From contig OZ024754.1 of the NCBI GenBank assembly GCA_964016885.1, positions 25,358,001 to 25,422,000 of the forward strand: a stretch of DNA of 64,000 bases, written 5' to 3'. The notes beneath the pieces were generated by a model, which made no database searches, was not told the origin of the DNA, and worked only from the letters and a program-made list of their open reading frames with translations. The position numbers and the translations under genes were made by a program. Shown here one piece after another: positions 1-13,630 of this stretch (position 1 is the first letter of the stretch; every line of letters begins with the position of its first letter). The stretch is from Eledone cirrhosa (taxonomy: Eukaryota).

Positions 1-1320
1 AAAAACATTTTTTCCAAATACTGTGTTTTACACAGTATGGTCAATTTGTTAAAAACCTAAAAAAATCAATTTTAGAAATCAGAAGTAAATATTTCGAAAA
101 GTATAAACAAATCGATTATTTTAGGTTTTTCACAAATTGATCATTTTATTCTAAAAACTGTTTTCTTTCAAAAAAGGTTGATTTTTTTTCTTTTGAAATA
201 TATACTTTCTGATTTCCAAAATTGTATTCTAAAAAAATCTTTCAACGTGTATAAAAGCATTTTTACCAAATACTGAGTAAAATTATCAATTTGCTAAAAA
301 CCTAAAAAAATCAATTTTAGAAATCAGAAGTATCAATTTTCAAAATCAGAAAGTATATATTTCGAAAGAAAAAAATCAATTATTTTTTGAAAAAAAACAA
401 TTTTTCGAATATAATGATTAATCTGTGAAAAACATAAAATAATCAATTTGTTTATACTTTCGAAAAGTATAAACAAATTGATTATTTTATGTTTTTCACA
501 GATTTAATATTCGAAAAATTGTTTTTTTTCAAAAATGATTGATTTTTTTCTTTAGAAAATTGAAATATATTTTGGATTCTTAAAAAATTTTTCAACGTGT
601 AGAAACATAATGTATAATAGAAAAAAAAACATTTTTTCCAAATACTGTGTAAAATGGTCAATTTGTGAAAAACCTAAAAAAATCAATTTGACTATTTCAG
701 GTTTTTCACAAGTTGATCATTTTACACAGTATTTCGAAAAATTGTTTTTTTTTCAAAAAAGATTGATTTTTTTTTCTTTCTAAATATATACTTTCTGATT
801 TCGAAAATTGATATATATTTTGTATTTTTCAAAAATTTTTCTACGTGTCGAAACAATGTATAAACGCATTCTTTTGAAAAAAAACATTTGTTCCAAATAC
901 TATATGAAATGGTCAATTTGTGAAAAACCTAAAAAAATCAATTTTAGAAATCAGAAGTAAATATTTCGAAAAGTATAAACAAATTGATTATTTTAGGTTT
1001 TTCGTTTTAATTTTAGAAAAACCTAAAAAAAATCAATCTTTTTTAAAAAGAAACAATTTTTCAAATTAATGATCAATTTGTGAAAAACCTAAAATAATTA
1101 ATTTTTCTAATTTCTAAAATTGATTTTTTTAGGTTTTTAACAAATTAATCACTGTATAAACAAATTAATTATTTTAGGTTTTTAACAAGTTGATCATTTC
1201 CAAAAATTGTTATTTTCAAAAAAATGCGTTGTGTTTCCACACATTGAAAAATTTTTGAAAAATGCAAAATATATATCAATTTTCGAAATCAGAAAGTATA
1301 TATTCCGAAAGAAAAAAAAT
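1..1320. repeat. Degenerate, very AT-rich repeat made of direct and inverted copies of short modules (foldback-like or scrambled satellite)
   Basis: The module (G/A)TCAATTTGTGAAAAACCTAAAA recurs at ~40, 285, 657, 912 and 1073. Its reverse complement TTAGGTTTTTCACAAATTGATCA recurs at ~121, 490, 699, 1130 and 1174. No credible ORF. Confidence 0.7.
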
Positions 1321-1801
1321 CACGTTTGTTTACGAAAGGACAAACCGAGCATTATAATAAATTTTCGCTAATCTGATACATACATATATATATGTGTGCC
1401 TTTATGTATATATATATATACATGCTAATATTTAAGTAAGTGCCAGTGAAAAATTTCATTTCATTTCATGTTATTCTATTTTATCGTTTTCAGTGCTGAA
1501 ACTCACTAGATATGCAAATCAGGCTGCTCAGCCGTTAATTACCATAAGGAAAGTTCGAACCTTCGAAAGTTCAACCATCTGGCAGAAGGGTATACGGTGT
1601 TGACGATAGCTAACAAGCTTGAAACTAGTACATCGTTCCTGTGTCAGTATTGAACAAAAAGGTGACGTGGTTGCCTTAACACCGTACGGCATAAACCGAG
1701 CTGTCCGTTTGTTTACAAACTGACAAAGCGAGCATTATAATAAATGTTCGATAAACTGATACGTGATATATATATGTGTGCCTGTATATGTATATGTGTG
1801 C

Positions 1802-1876
<75 letters not shown>

Positions 1877-2282
1877 CTACTGCACGTCTATATGCATATA
1901 TGTATGTAAGTATACATACACACTTACATTTAAGTAAGTGACGTGCTAAGAGTGAGAAATTTCATTTCATTTCATTCTATTCCATTTTATCGTTTTCGGT
2001 ACGCCTGGCCGTTTGAACTCACTCGATATGCAAATTAGGCTGCTCAGCCGTTAATTTTCATAAGGAAAGTATATACTTTCAAACGTTCAACCATCTGGCA
2101 GAAGGTTATACGGTGCTGACGATAGCTAACAAGCTTGAAACTAGTACATCGTTCCTGTGTCAACGTTGAAAAAAAAGGTGTCGTGGTTGCCTTAACACCG
2201 TACGTTTATTTACAAACGGACAAAGCGAGCATTATAATAAATGTTTGCTAAACTGATATGTACATATATATATGTGTGCATT

Positions 2283-2333
<51 letters not shown>

Positions 2334-3194
2334 TACTGTACGTCTGTATGCATATATGTATGTACGTATACATACATACTTACATTTAAGTAAGTGAGTG
2401 AGAAATGAAATCTCATTTCATTCTATTCCATTTTATCGTTTCCGAGGCGCCTGGCCGACTGAACTCACTCGATATGCAAACTAGGCTGCTCAGCCGTTAA
2501 TTTTCATAAAGTATATACTTTTGAACGTTCAACCATCTGGCAGATGGGTATACGGTGCTGAGGATAGCTAACAAACTTGCAACTAGTACACCATTCCTGT
2601 GTCAGTGTTGAACAAAAAGTTGACGTGGTTGCCTTAACACCGTACGGCATAAATCAGGCTGTCCGTTTGTTTACAAAAGGACAAAGCGAGCATTATAATA
2701 AATTTTCGCTACATACATATATATATGTGTGCCTTTATGTATATATATATATACATGCTACTGTACGTCTGTATGCATATATGTATGTACGTATACATAC
2801 ATAATTACATTTAAGTAAGTGCCAGACTAAGAGTGAAAAATTTCATTTCATTTCATTGTATTCTATTTTTTTGTTTTCAGTGCGCCTGACCGACTGAACT
2901 CACTCGATATGCAAATTAGGCTGCTCAGCCGTTAATTATCATAAGTTCGAACCTTCGAACGTTCAACCATCTGGCAGAAGGGTATACGGTGCTGACGATA
3001 GTTAACAAGCTTGAAACTAGTACATCGTTCCTGTGTCAGTATTGAACAAAAAGGTGACGTGGTTGCCTTAACACCGTACGGCATAAACCAGGCTGTCCGT
3101 TTGTTTACAAACTGACAAAGCGAGCATTATAATAAATGTTCGTTAAACTGATACATAATATATATATGTGTGCCTGTATATATATATGTGTGCC

Positions 3195-3274
<80 letters not shown>

Positions 3275-3834
3275 CTACTGCACGTCTATATGCATATATG
3301 TATGTACGTATACATACATACTTACATTTAAGTAAGTGCCGTACAAAGAGTGAGAAATGAAATTTCATTTTATTCTATTACATTTTATCGTTTTCCATGC
3401 GCCTGGGCGCCTGAACTCACTCGATATGCAAATTAGGCTGCTCAGCCGTTAATTTTCATGAGGAAAGTATATACTTTCGAACGTTCAACTATCTGGCAGA
3501 AGGGTATACGGTGCTGACGATAGCTAACAAGCTTGAAACTAGTACATCGTTCCTGTGTCAGTGTTGAACAAAAAGGTGACGTGGTTACCTTAACACCGTA
3601 CGGCATAAATCAAGCTGTCCGTTTGTTTACAAACGGACACAGCGAGCATTATAATAAATGTTCGCTAAACTGATACTTACATATATATATATATGTGTCC
3701 CTGTATGTATATATACGTCTGTATGCATATATGTATGTACGTATACATACAAACTTACATTTAAGTAAGTGCCGTACAAAGAGTGAGAAATGAAACTTCA
3801 TTTCATTCTACTCCATTTTATCGTTTTTGGTGCG

Positions 3835-3835
3835 C

Positions 3836-3897
<62 letters not shown>

Positions 3898-3999
3898 GCA
3901 CACATATATATATTACGTATCAGTTTAACGCTTTGTCCTTTTGTAAACAAACGTACAGCCTGCTTTATGCCGTACGGTGTTAAGGCAACCACGTCAACT
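3835..3999 (-). repeat. Inverted satellite fragment fixed in one monomer of each HOR
   Basis: (TA)n-CAGGCACACA...GGCAACCACGTCAACT is the reverse complement of the monomer 3' part. It recurs at ~8549, 13245, 18407, 23099, 27761 and 29213. Confidence 0.93.
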
Positions 4000-4187
4000 G
4001 ACGATAGCTAACAAGCTTGAAACTAGTACATCGTTCCTGTGTCAGTGTTGAACAAAAAGGTGACGTGGTTACCTTAACACCGTACGGCATATATCAAGCT
4101 GTCCGTCTGTTTACAAATGGACAAAGCGAGCATTATAATAAATGTTCGCTAAACTGATACTTACATATATATATATATGTGTCCATG

Positions 4188-4232
<45 letters not shown>

Positions 4233-5566
4233 GCTACTGTACGTCTGTATGCATATATGCATGTACGTATACATACATACTTACATTTAAGTAAGTGCGG
4301 TACAAAGAGTGAGAAATGAAATTTCATTTCATTCTATTCCATTTTATCGTTTTCGAGGCGCCTGGCCGACTGAACTCACTCGATATGCAAATTAGGCTGC
4401 TCAGCCGTTAATTTTCATAAGGAAAGTATATACTTTCGAACGTTCAACCATCTGGTAGAAGGGTATACGGTGCTGACGATAGCTAACAAGCTTGAAACTA
4501 GTACACCGTTGCTGTGTCAGTGTGACCAAAAAGTTGACGTGGTTGCATTAACACCGTACGGCATAAATCAGGCTGTCCGTTTGTTTACAAAAGGACAAAG
4601 CGAGCATTATAATAAATGTTCGCTAATCTGATACGTACATATATATATGTGTGCCTTTATGTATATATATATATATATATATATATACATTCTACTGTAC
4701 GTCTGTATGCATATATGTATGTACGTATACATACATACTTACATTTAAGTAAGTGCCGTACAAAGAGTGAGAAATGAAATTTCATTTCATTCTATTCCAA
4801 TTTATCGTTTTCAGTGCGCCTGACCGACTGAACTCACTCGATATGCAAATCAGGCTGCTCAGCCGTTAATTTTCATAAGGAAAGTATATACTTTCGAACG
4901 TTCAACCATCTGGCAGAAGGGTATACGGTGCTGACGATAGCTAACAAGCTTGCAACTAGTACATCGTTCCTGTGTCAGTGTTGAACAAAAAGGCGACGTA
5001 GTTACCATAACACCGTACCGCATAAATCAAGCTGTCCGTTTGTTTACAAAAGGACAAAGCGTGCATTATAATAAATGTTCGCTAATCTGATACGTACATA
5101 TATATATGTGTGCCTTTATGTATATATATATATATACATGCTACTGTACGTCTGTATGCATATATGTATGTACGTATACATACATACTTACATTTAAGTA
5201 AGTGCCAGACTAAGAGTGAGAAATTTCATTTCATTTCATTCTATTCTATTTTTATCGTTTTCAGTGCGCCTGACCGACTGAACTCACTCGATATGCAAAT
5301 TAGGCTGCTCAGCCGTTAATTTTCATAAGGAAAGTATATACTTTCGAACGTTCAACCATCTTGCAGAAGGTTATACGGTGCTGACGATAGCTAACAAGCT
5401 TGAAACTAGTACATCGTTCCTGTGTCAACGTTGAACAAAAAGGTGACGTGGTTACCTTAACACCGTACGATATAATACAGGCTGTCCGTTTGTTTGCAAA
5501 CGGACAAAGCAAGCATTATAATAAATGTTTGCTAAACTGATATGTACATATATATATGTGTGCCTT

Positions 5567-5601
<35 letters not shown>

Positions 5602-5754
5602 GCTACTGTACGTCTGTATGCATATATGTATGTACGTATACACACATACTTACATTTAAGTAAGTGCCGTACTAAGAGTGAGAAATGAATTTTCATTTCA
5701 TTCTACTCCATTTTATCGTTTTTTGGTGCGCCTGGCCAACTGAACTCACTCGAT

Positions 5755-5762
5755 ATGCAAAT
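5755..5762 (+). promoter_or_regulatory. Octamer motif ATGCAAAT (present in most monomers)
   Basis: Exact POU/Oct octamer in CTCACTCGAT-ATGCAAAT-TAGG context. Function is not shown. Confidence 0.35.
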
Positions 5763-5811
5763 TAGGCTGCTCAGTCGTTAATTTTCATAAGGAAAGTATA
5801 TACTTTCGAAC

Positions 5812-5898
5812 GTTCAACCATCTGGCAGAAGGGTATACGGTGCTGACGATAGCTAACAAGCTTGAAACTAGTACATCGTTCCTGTGTCAGTGTTGAAC
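5812..5898 (+). ncRNA. Type I hammerhead ribozyme in the satellite monomer (representative copy; present in nearly all monomers)
   Basis: ACGGTG(5837-42)-CTGACGA(5843-49)-T AGCT AACA AGCT T-GAAA(5864-67)-C TA G-TA(5873)-CATCGT. Helix I is ACGGTG/CATCGT, extended by AGGG/TCCT, CTGGCA/TGTCAG and GTTCAAC/GTTGAAC. Predicted cleavage is after GUA at 5873. Confidence 0.82.
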
Positions 5899-5944
5899 AA
5901 AAAGGTGACGCGGTTGCCTTAACACCGTACGGCATAAACCAGGC

Positions 5945-5968
5945 TGTCCGTTTGTTTACAAACGGACA
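5945..5968. other. Perfect 11-bp inverted repeat (hairpin) in each monomer downstream of the ribozyme
   Basis: TGTCCGTTTGT-TT-ACAAACGGACA. Confidence 0.85.
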
Positions 5969-6039
5969 AAGCGAGCATTATAATAAATGTGCGTTAAACT
6001 GATACGTAATATATATATGTGTGCCTGTATATATATATA

Positions 6040-6088
<49 letters not shown>

Positions 6089-6511
6089 GCTACTGTACGT
6101 CTATATGCATATATGTATGTACGTATACATACATACTTACATTTAAGTCAGTGCCAGACTAAGAGTGAGAAATTTCATTTCATTTCATCCTATTCCATTT
6201 TATCGTTTTCGGTACGCCTGGCCGATTAAACTCACTCGATATGCAAATTAGGCTGCTCAGCCGTTAATTTTCATAAGGAAAGTATATACTTTCGAACGTT
6301 CAACCATCTGGCAGAAGGTTATACGGTGCTGACGATAGCTAACAAGCTTGAAACTAGTACATCGTTCCTGTGTCAACGTTGAACAAAAAGGTGACGTGGT
6401 TGCCTTAACACCGTACGATATAATACAGGCTGTCCGTTTGCTTACAAACGGACAAAGCGAGCATTATAATAAATGTTTGCTAAACTGATATGTACATATA
6501 TATTTGTGTGC

Positions 6512-6577
<66 letters not shown>

Positions 6578-6984
6578 GCTACTGTACGTCTGTATGCATA
6601 TATGTATGTACGTATACACACATACTTACATTTAAGTAAGTGCCGTACTAAGAGTGAGAAATGAATTTTCATTTCATTCTACTCCATTTTATCGTTTTTG
6701 GTGCGCCTGGCCAACTGAACTCACTCGATATGCAAATTAGGCTGCTCAGTCGTTAATTTTCATAAGGAAAGTATATACTTTCGAACGTTCAACCATCTGG
6801 CAGAAGGGTATACGGTGCTGACGATAGCTAACAAGCTTGAAACTAGTACATCGTTCCTGTGTCAACGTTGAAAAAAAAGGTGTCGTGGTTGCCTTAACAC
6901 CGTACGTTTATTTACAAACGGACAGAGCGAGCATTATAATAAATGTTTGCTAAACTGATATGTACATATATATATGTGTGCATT

Positions 6985-7035
<51 letters not shown>

Positions 7036-7904
7036 TACTGTACGTCTGTATGCATATATGTATGTACGTATACATACATACTTACATTTAAGTAAGTGAG
7101 TGAGAAATGAAATCTCATTTCATTCTATTCCATTTTATCGTTTTCGAGGCGCCTGGCCGACTGAACTCACTCGATATGCAAACTAGGCTGCTCAGCCGTT
7201 AATTTTCATAAAGTATATACTTTTGAACGTTCAACCATCTGGCAGATGGGTATACGGTGCTGAGGATAGCTAACAAACTTGCAACTAGTACACCATTCCT
7301 GTGTCAGTGTTGAACAAAAAGTTGACGTGGTTGCCTTAACACCGTACGGCATAAATCAGGCTGTCCGTTTGTTTACAAAAGGACAAAGCGAGCATTATAA
7401 TAAATTTTCGCTAATCTGATACATACATATATATATGTGTGCCTTTATGTATATATATATATACATGCTACTGTACGTCTGTATGCATATATGTATGTAC
7501 GTATACATACATAATTACATTTAAGTAAGTGCCAGACTAAGAGTGACAAATTTCATTTCATTTCATTGTATTCTATTTTTTTGTTTTCAGTGCGCCTGAC
7601 CGACTGAACTCACTCGATATGCAAATTAGGCTGCTCAGCCGTTAATTATCATAAGTTCGAACCTTCGAACGTTCAACCATCTGGCAGAAGGGTATACGGT
7701 GCTGACGATAGTTAACAAGCTTGAAACTAGTACATCGTTCCTGTGTCAGTATTGAACAAAAAGGTGACGTGGTTGCCTTAACACCGTACGGCATAAACCA
7801 GGCTGTCCGTTTGTTTACAAACTGACAAAGCGAGCATTATAATAAATGTTCGTTAAACTGATACATAATATATATATGTGTGCCTGTATATATATATGTG
7901 TGCC

Positions 7905-7988
<84 letters not shown>

Positions 7989-8549
7989 CTACTGCACGTC
8001 TATATGCATATATGTATGTACGTATACATACATACTTACATTTAAGTAAGTGCCGTACAAAGAGTGAGAAATGAAATTTCATTTTATTCTATTACATTTT
8101 ATCGTTTTCCATGCGCCTGGGCGCCTGAACTCACTCGATATGCAAATTAGGCTGCTCAGCCGTTAATTTTCATGAGGAAAGTATATACTTTCGAACGTTC
8201 AACTATCTGGCAGAAGGGTATACGGTGCTGACGATAGCTAACAAGCTTGAAACTAGTACATCGTTCCTGTGTCAGTGTTGAACAAAAAGGTGACGTGGTT
8301 ACCTTAACACCGTACGGCATAAATCAAGCTGTCCGTTTGTTTACAAACGGACACAGCGAGCATTATAATAAATGTTCGCTAAACTGATACTTACATATAT
8401 ATATATATGTGTCCCTGTATGTATATATACGTCTGTATGCATATATGTATGTACGTATACATACAAACTTACATTTAAGTAAGTGCCGTACAAAGAGTGA
8501 GAAATGAAACTTCATTTCATTCTACTCCATTTTATCGTTTTTGGTGCGC

Positions 8550-8613
<64 letters not shown>

Positions 8614-8903
8614 GCACACATATATATATTACGTATCAGTTTAACGCTTTGTCCTTTTGTAAACAAACGTACAGCCTGCTTTATGCCGTACGGTGTTAAG
8701 GCAACCACGTCAACTGACGATAGCTAACAAGCTTGAAACTAGTACATCGTTCCTGTGTCAGTGTTGAACAAAAAGGTGACGTGGTTACCTTAACACCGTA
8801 CGGCATATATCAAGCTGTCCGTCTGTTTACAAATGGACAAAGCGAGCATTATAATAAATGTTCGCTAAACTGATACTTACATATATATATATATGTGTCC
8901 CTG

Positions 8904-8948
<45 letters not shown>

Positions 8949-10282
8949 GCTACTGTACGTCTGTATGCATATATGCATGTACGTATACATACATACTTAC
9001 ATTTAAGTAAGTGCGGTACAAAGAGTGAGAAATGAAATTTCATTTCATTCTATTCCATTTTATCGTTTTCGAGGCGCCTGGCCGACTGAACTCACTCGAT
9101 ATGCAAATTAGGCTGCTCAGCCGTTAATTTTCATAAGGAAAGTATATACTTTCGAACGTTCAACCATCTGGTAGAAGGGTATACGGTGCTGACGATAGCT
9201 AACAAGCTTGAAACTAGTACACCGTTGCTGTGTCAGTGTGACCAAAAAGTTGACGTGGTTGCATTAACACCGTACGGCATAAATCAGGCTGTCCGTTTGT
9301 TTACAAAAGGACAAAGCGAGCATTATAATAAATGTTCGCTAATCTGATACGTACATATATATATGTGTGCCTTTATGTATATATATATATATATATATAT
9401 ATACATTCTACTGTACGTCTGTATGCATATATGTATGTACGTATACATACATACTTACATTTAAGTAAGTGCCGTACAAAGAGTGAGAAATGAAATTTCA
9501 TTTCATTCTATTCCAATTTATCGTTTTCAGTGCGCCTGACCGACTGAACTCACTCGATATGCAAATCAGGCTGCTCAGCCGTTAATTTTCATAAGGAAAG
9601 TATATACTTTCGAACGTTCAACCATCTGGCAGAAGGGTATACGGTGCTGACGATAGCTAACAAGCTTGCAACTAGTACATCGTTCCTGTGTCAGTGTTGA
9701 ACAAAAAGGCGACGTAGTTACCATAACACCGTACCGCATAAATCAAGCTGTCCGTTTGTTTACAAAAGGACAAAGCGTGCATTATAATAAATGTTCGCTA
9801 ATCTGATACGTACATATATATATGTGTGCCTTTATGTATATATATATATATACATGCTACTGTACGTCTGTATGCATATATGTATGTACGTATACATACA
9901 TACTTACATTTAAGTAAGTGCCAGACTAAGAGTGAGAAATTTCATTTCATTTCATTCTATTCTATTTTTATCGTTTTCAGTGCGCCTGACCGACTGAACT
10001 CACTCGATATGCAAATTAGGCTGCTCAGCCGTTAATTTTCATAAGGAAAGTATATACTTTCGAACGTTCAACCATCTTGCAGAAGGTTATACGGTGCTGA
10101 CGATAGCTAACAAGCTTGAAACTAGTACATCGTTCCTGTGTCAACGTTGAACAAAAAGGTGACGTGGTTACCTTAACACCGTACGATATAATACAGGCTG
10201 TCCGTTTGTTTGCAAACGGACAAAGCAAGCATTATAATAAATGTTTGCTAAACTGATATGTACATATATATATGTGTGCCTT

Positions 10283-10317
<35 letters not shown>

Positions 10318-10755
10318 GCTACTGTACGTCTGTATGCATATATGTATGTACGTATACACACATACTTACATTTAAGTAAGTGCCGTACTAAGAGTGAGAA
10401 ATGAATTTTCATTTCATTCTACTCCATTTTATCGTTTTTTGGTGCGCCTGGCCAACTGAACTCACTCGATATGCAAATTAGGCTGCTCAGTCGTTAATTT
10501 TCATAAGGAAAGTATATACTTTCGAACGTTCAACCATCTGGCAGAAGGGTATACGGTGCTGACGATAGCTAACAAGCTTGAAACTAGTACATCGTTCCTG
10601 TGTCAGTGTTGAACAAAAAGGTGACGCGGTTGCCTTAACACCGTACGGCATAAACCAGGCTGTCCGTTTGTTTACAAACGGACAAAGCGAGCATTATAAT
10701 AAATGTGCGTTAAACTGATACGTAATATATATATGTGTGCCTGTATATATATATA

Positions 10756-10818
<63 letters not shown>

Positions 10819-11241
10819 GCTACTGTACGTCTATATGCATATATGTATGTACGTATACATACATACTTACATTTAAGTCAGTGCCAGACTAAGAGTGAGA
10901 AATTTCATTTCATTTCATCCTATTCCATTTTATCGTTTTCGGTACGCCTGGCCGATTAAACTCACTCGATATGCAAATTAGGCTGCTCAGCCGTTAATTT
11001 TCATAAGGAAAGTATATACTTTCGAACGTTCAACCATCTGGCAGAAGGTTATACGGTGCTGACGATAGCTAACAAGCTTGAAACTAGTACATCGTTCCTG
11101 TGTCAACGTTGAACAAAAAGGTGACGTGGTTGCCTTAACACCGTACGATATAATACAGGCTGTCCGTTTGCTTACAAACGGACAAAGCGAGCATTATAAT
11201 AAATGTTTGCTAAACTGATATGTACATATATATTTGTGTGC

Positions 11242-11299
<58 letters not shown>

Positions 11300-11706
11300 G
11301 CTACTGTACGTCTGTATGCATATATGTATGTACGTATACACACATACTTACATTTAAGTAAGTGCCGTACTAAGAGTGAGAAATGAATTTTCATTTCATT
11401 CTACTCCATTTTATCGTTTTTGGTGCGCCTGGCCAACTGAACTCACTCGATATGCAAATTAGGCTGCTCAGTCGTTAATTTTCATAAGGAAAGTATATAC
11501 TTTCGAACGTTCAACCATCTGGCAGAAGGGTATACGGTGCTGACGATAGCTAACAAGCTTGAAACTAGTACATCGTTCCTGTGTCAACGTTGAAAAAAAA
11601 GGTGTCGTGGTTGCCTTAACACCGTACGTTTATTTACAAACGGACAGAGCGAGCATTATAATAAATGTTTGCTAAACTGATATGTACATATATATATGTG
11701 TGCATT

Positions 11707-11757
<51 letters not shown>

Positions 11758-12626
11758 TACTGTACGTCTGTATGCATATATGTATGTACGTATACATACA
11801 TACTTACATTTAAGTAAGTGAGTGAGAAATGAAATCTCATTTCATTCTATTCCATTTTATCGTTTTCGAGGCGCCTGGCCGACTGAACTCACTCGATATG
11901 CAAACTAGGCTGCTCAGCCGTTAATTTTCATAAAGTATATACTTTTGAACGTTCAACCATCTGGCAGATGGGTATACGGTGCTGAGGATAGCTAACAAAC
12001 TTGCAACTAGTACACCATTCCTGTGTCAGTGTTGAACAAAAAGTTGACGTGGTTGCCTTAACACCGTACGGCATAAATCAGGCTGTCCGTTTGTGTACAA
12101 AAGGACAAAGCGAGCATTATAATAAATTTTCGCTAATCTGATACATACATATATATATGTGTGCCTTTATGTATATATATATATACATGCTACTGTACGT
12201 CTGTATGCATATATGTATGTACGTATACATACATAATTACATTTAAGTAAGTGCCAGACTAAGAGTGAAAAATTTCATTTCATTTCATTGTATTCTATTT
12301 TATTGTTTTCAGTGCGCCTGACCGACTGAACTCACTCGATATGCAAATTAGGCTGCTCAGCCGTTAATTATCATAAGTTCGAACCTTCGAACGTTCAACC
12401 ATCTGGCAGAAGGGTATACGGTGCTGACGATAGTTAACAAGCTTGAAACTAGTACATCGTTCCTGTGTCAGTATTGAACAAAAAGGTGACGTGGTTGCCT
12501 TAACACCGTACGGCATAAACCAGGCTGTCCGTTTGTTTACAAACTGACAAAGCGAGCATTATAATAAATGTTCGTTAAACTGATACATAATATATATATG
12601 TGTGCCTGTATATATATATGTGTGCC

Positions 12627-12684
<58 letters not shown>

Positions 12685-13245
12685 CTACTGCACGTCTATA
12701 TGCATATATGTATGTACGTATACATACATACTTACATTTAAGTAAGTGCCGTACAAAGAGTGAGAAATGAAATTTCATTTTATTCTATTACATTTTATCG
12801 TTTTCCATGCGCCTGGGCGCCTGAACTCACTCGATATGCAAATTAGGCTGCTCAGCCGTTAATTTTCATGAGGAAAGTATATACTTTCGAACGTTCAACT
12901 ATCTGGCAGAAGGGTATACGGTGCTGACGATAGCTAACAAGCTTGAAACTAGTACATCGTTCCTGTGTCAGTGTTGAACAAAAAGGTGACGTGGTTACCT
13001 TAACACCGTACGGCATAAATCAAGCTGTCCGTTTGTTTACAAACGGACACAGCGAGCATTATAATAAATGTTCGCTAAACTGATACTTACATATATATAT
13101 ATATGTGTCCCTGTATGTATATATACGTCTGTATGCATATATGTATGTACGTATACATACAAACTTACATTTAAGTAAGTGCCGTACAAAGAGTGAGAAA
13201 TGAAACTTCATTTCATTCTACTCCATTTTATCGTTTTTGGTGCGC

Positions 13246-13287
<42 letters not shown>

Positions 13288-13575
13288 GCACACATATATA
13301 TTACGTATCAGTTTAACGCTTTGTCCTTTTGTAAACAAACGTACAGCCTGCTTTATGCCGTACGGTGTTAAGGCAACCACGTCAACTGACGATAGCTAAC
13401 AAGCTTGAAACTAGTACATCGTTCCTGTGTCAGTGTTGAACAAAAAGGTGACGTGGTTACCTTAACACCGTACGGCATAAATCAAGCTGTCCGTCTGTTT
13501 ACAAATGGACAAAGCGAGCATTATAATAAATGTTCGCTAAACTGATACTTACATATATATATATATGTGTCCCTG

Positions 13576-13630
<55 letters not shown>

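Larger units (their letters stand above)
3136..7845 (+). repeat. One ~4.7 kb higher-order repeat (HOR) unit of 10 diverged monomers; about 6.5 HOR copies in the left array
   Basis: Diagnostic monomer variants start at ~3136, 3658, 4142, 4616, 5075, 5525, 5987, 6473, 6943 and 7404, then repeat from 7846. A marker ORF recurs at 3783, 8497 and 13193 (periods 4714 and 4696). Confidence 0.92.

Noticed and set aside
5945-6090. Helitron/Helentron (DINE-like) origin suggested by a hairpin plus microsatellite
   Set aside because: No clear CTRR 3' end or subterminal inverted-repeat pair was found, and the hammerhead fold explains the unit better. Not fully excluded.
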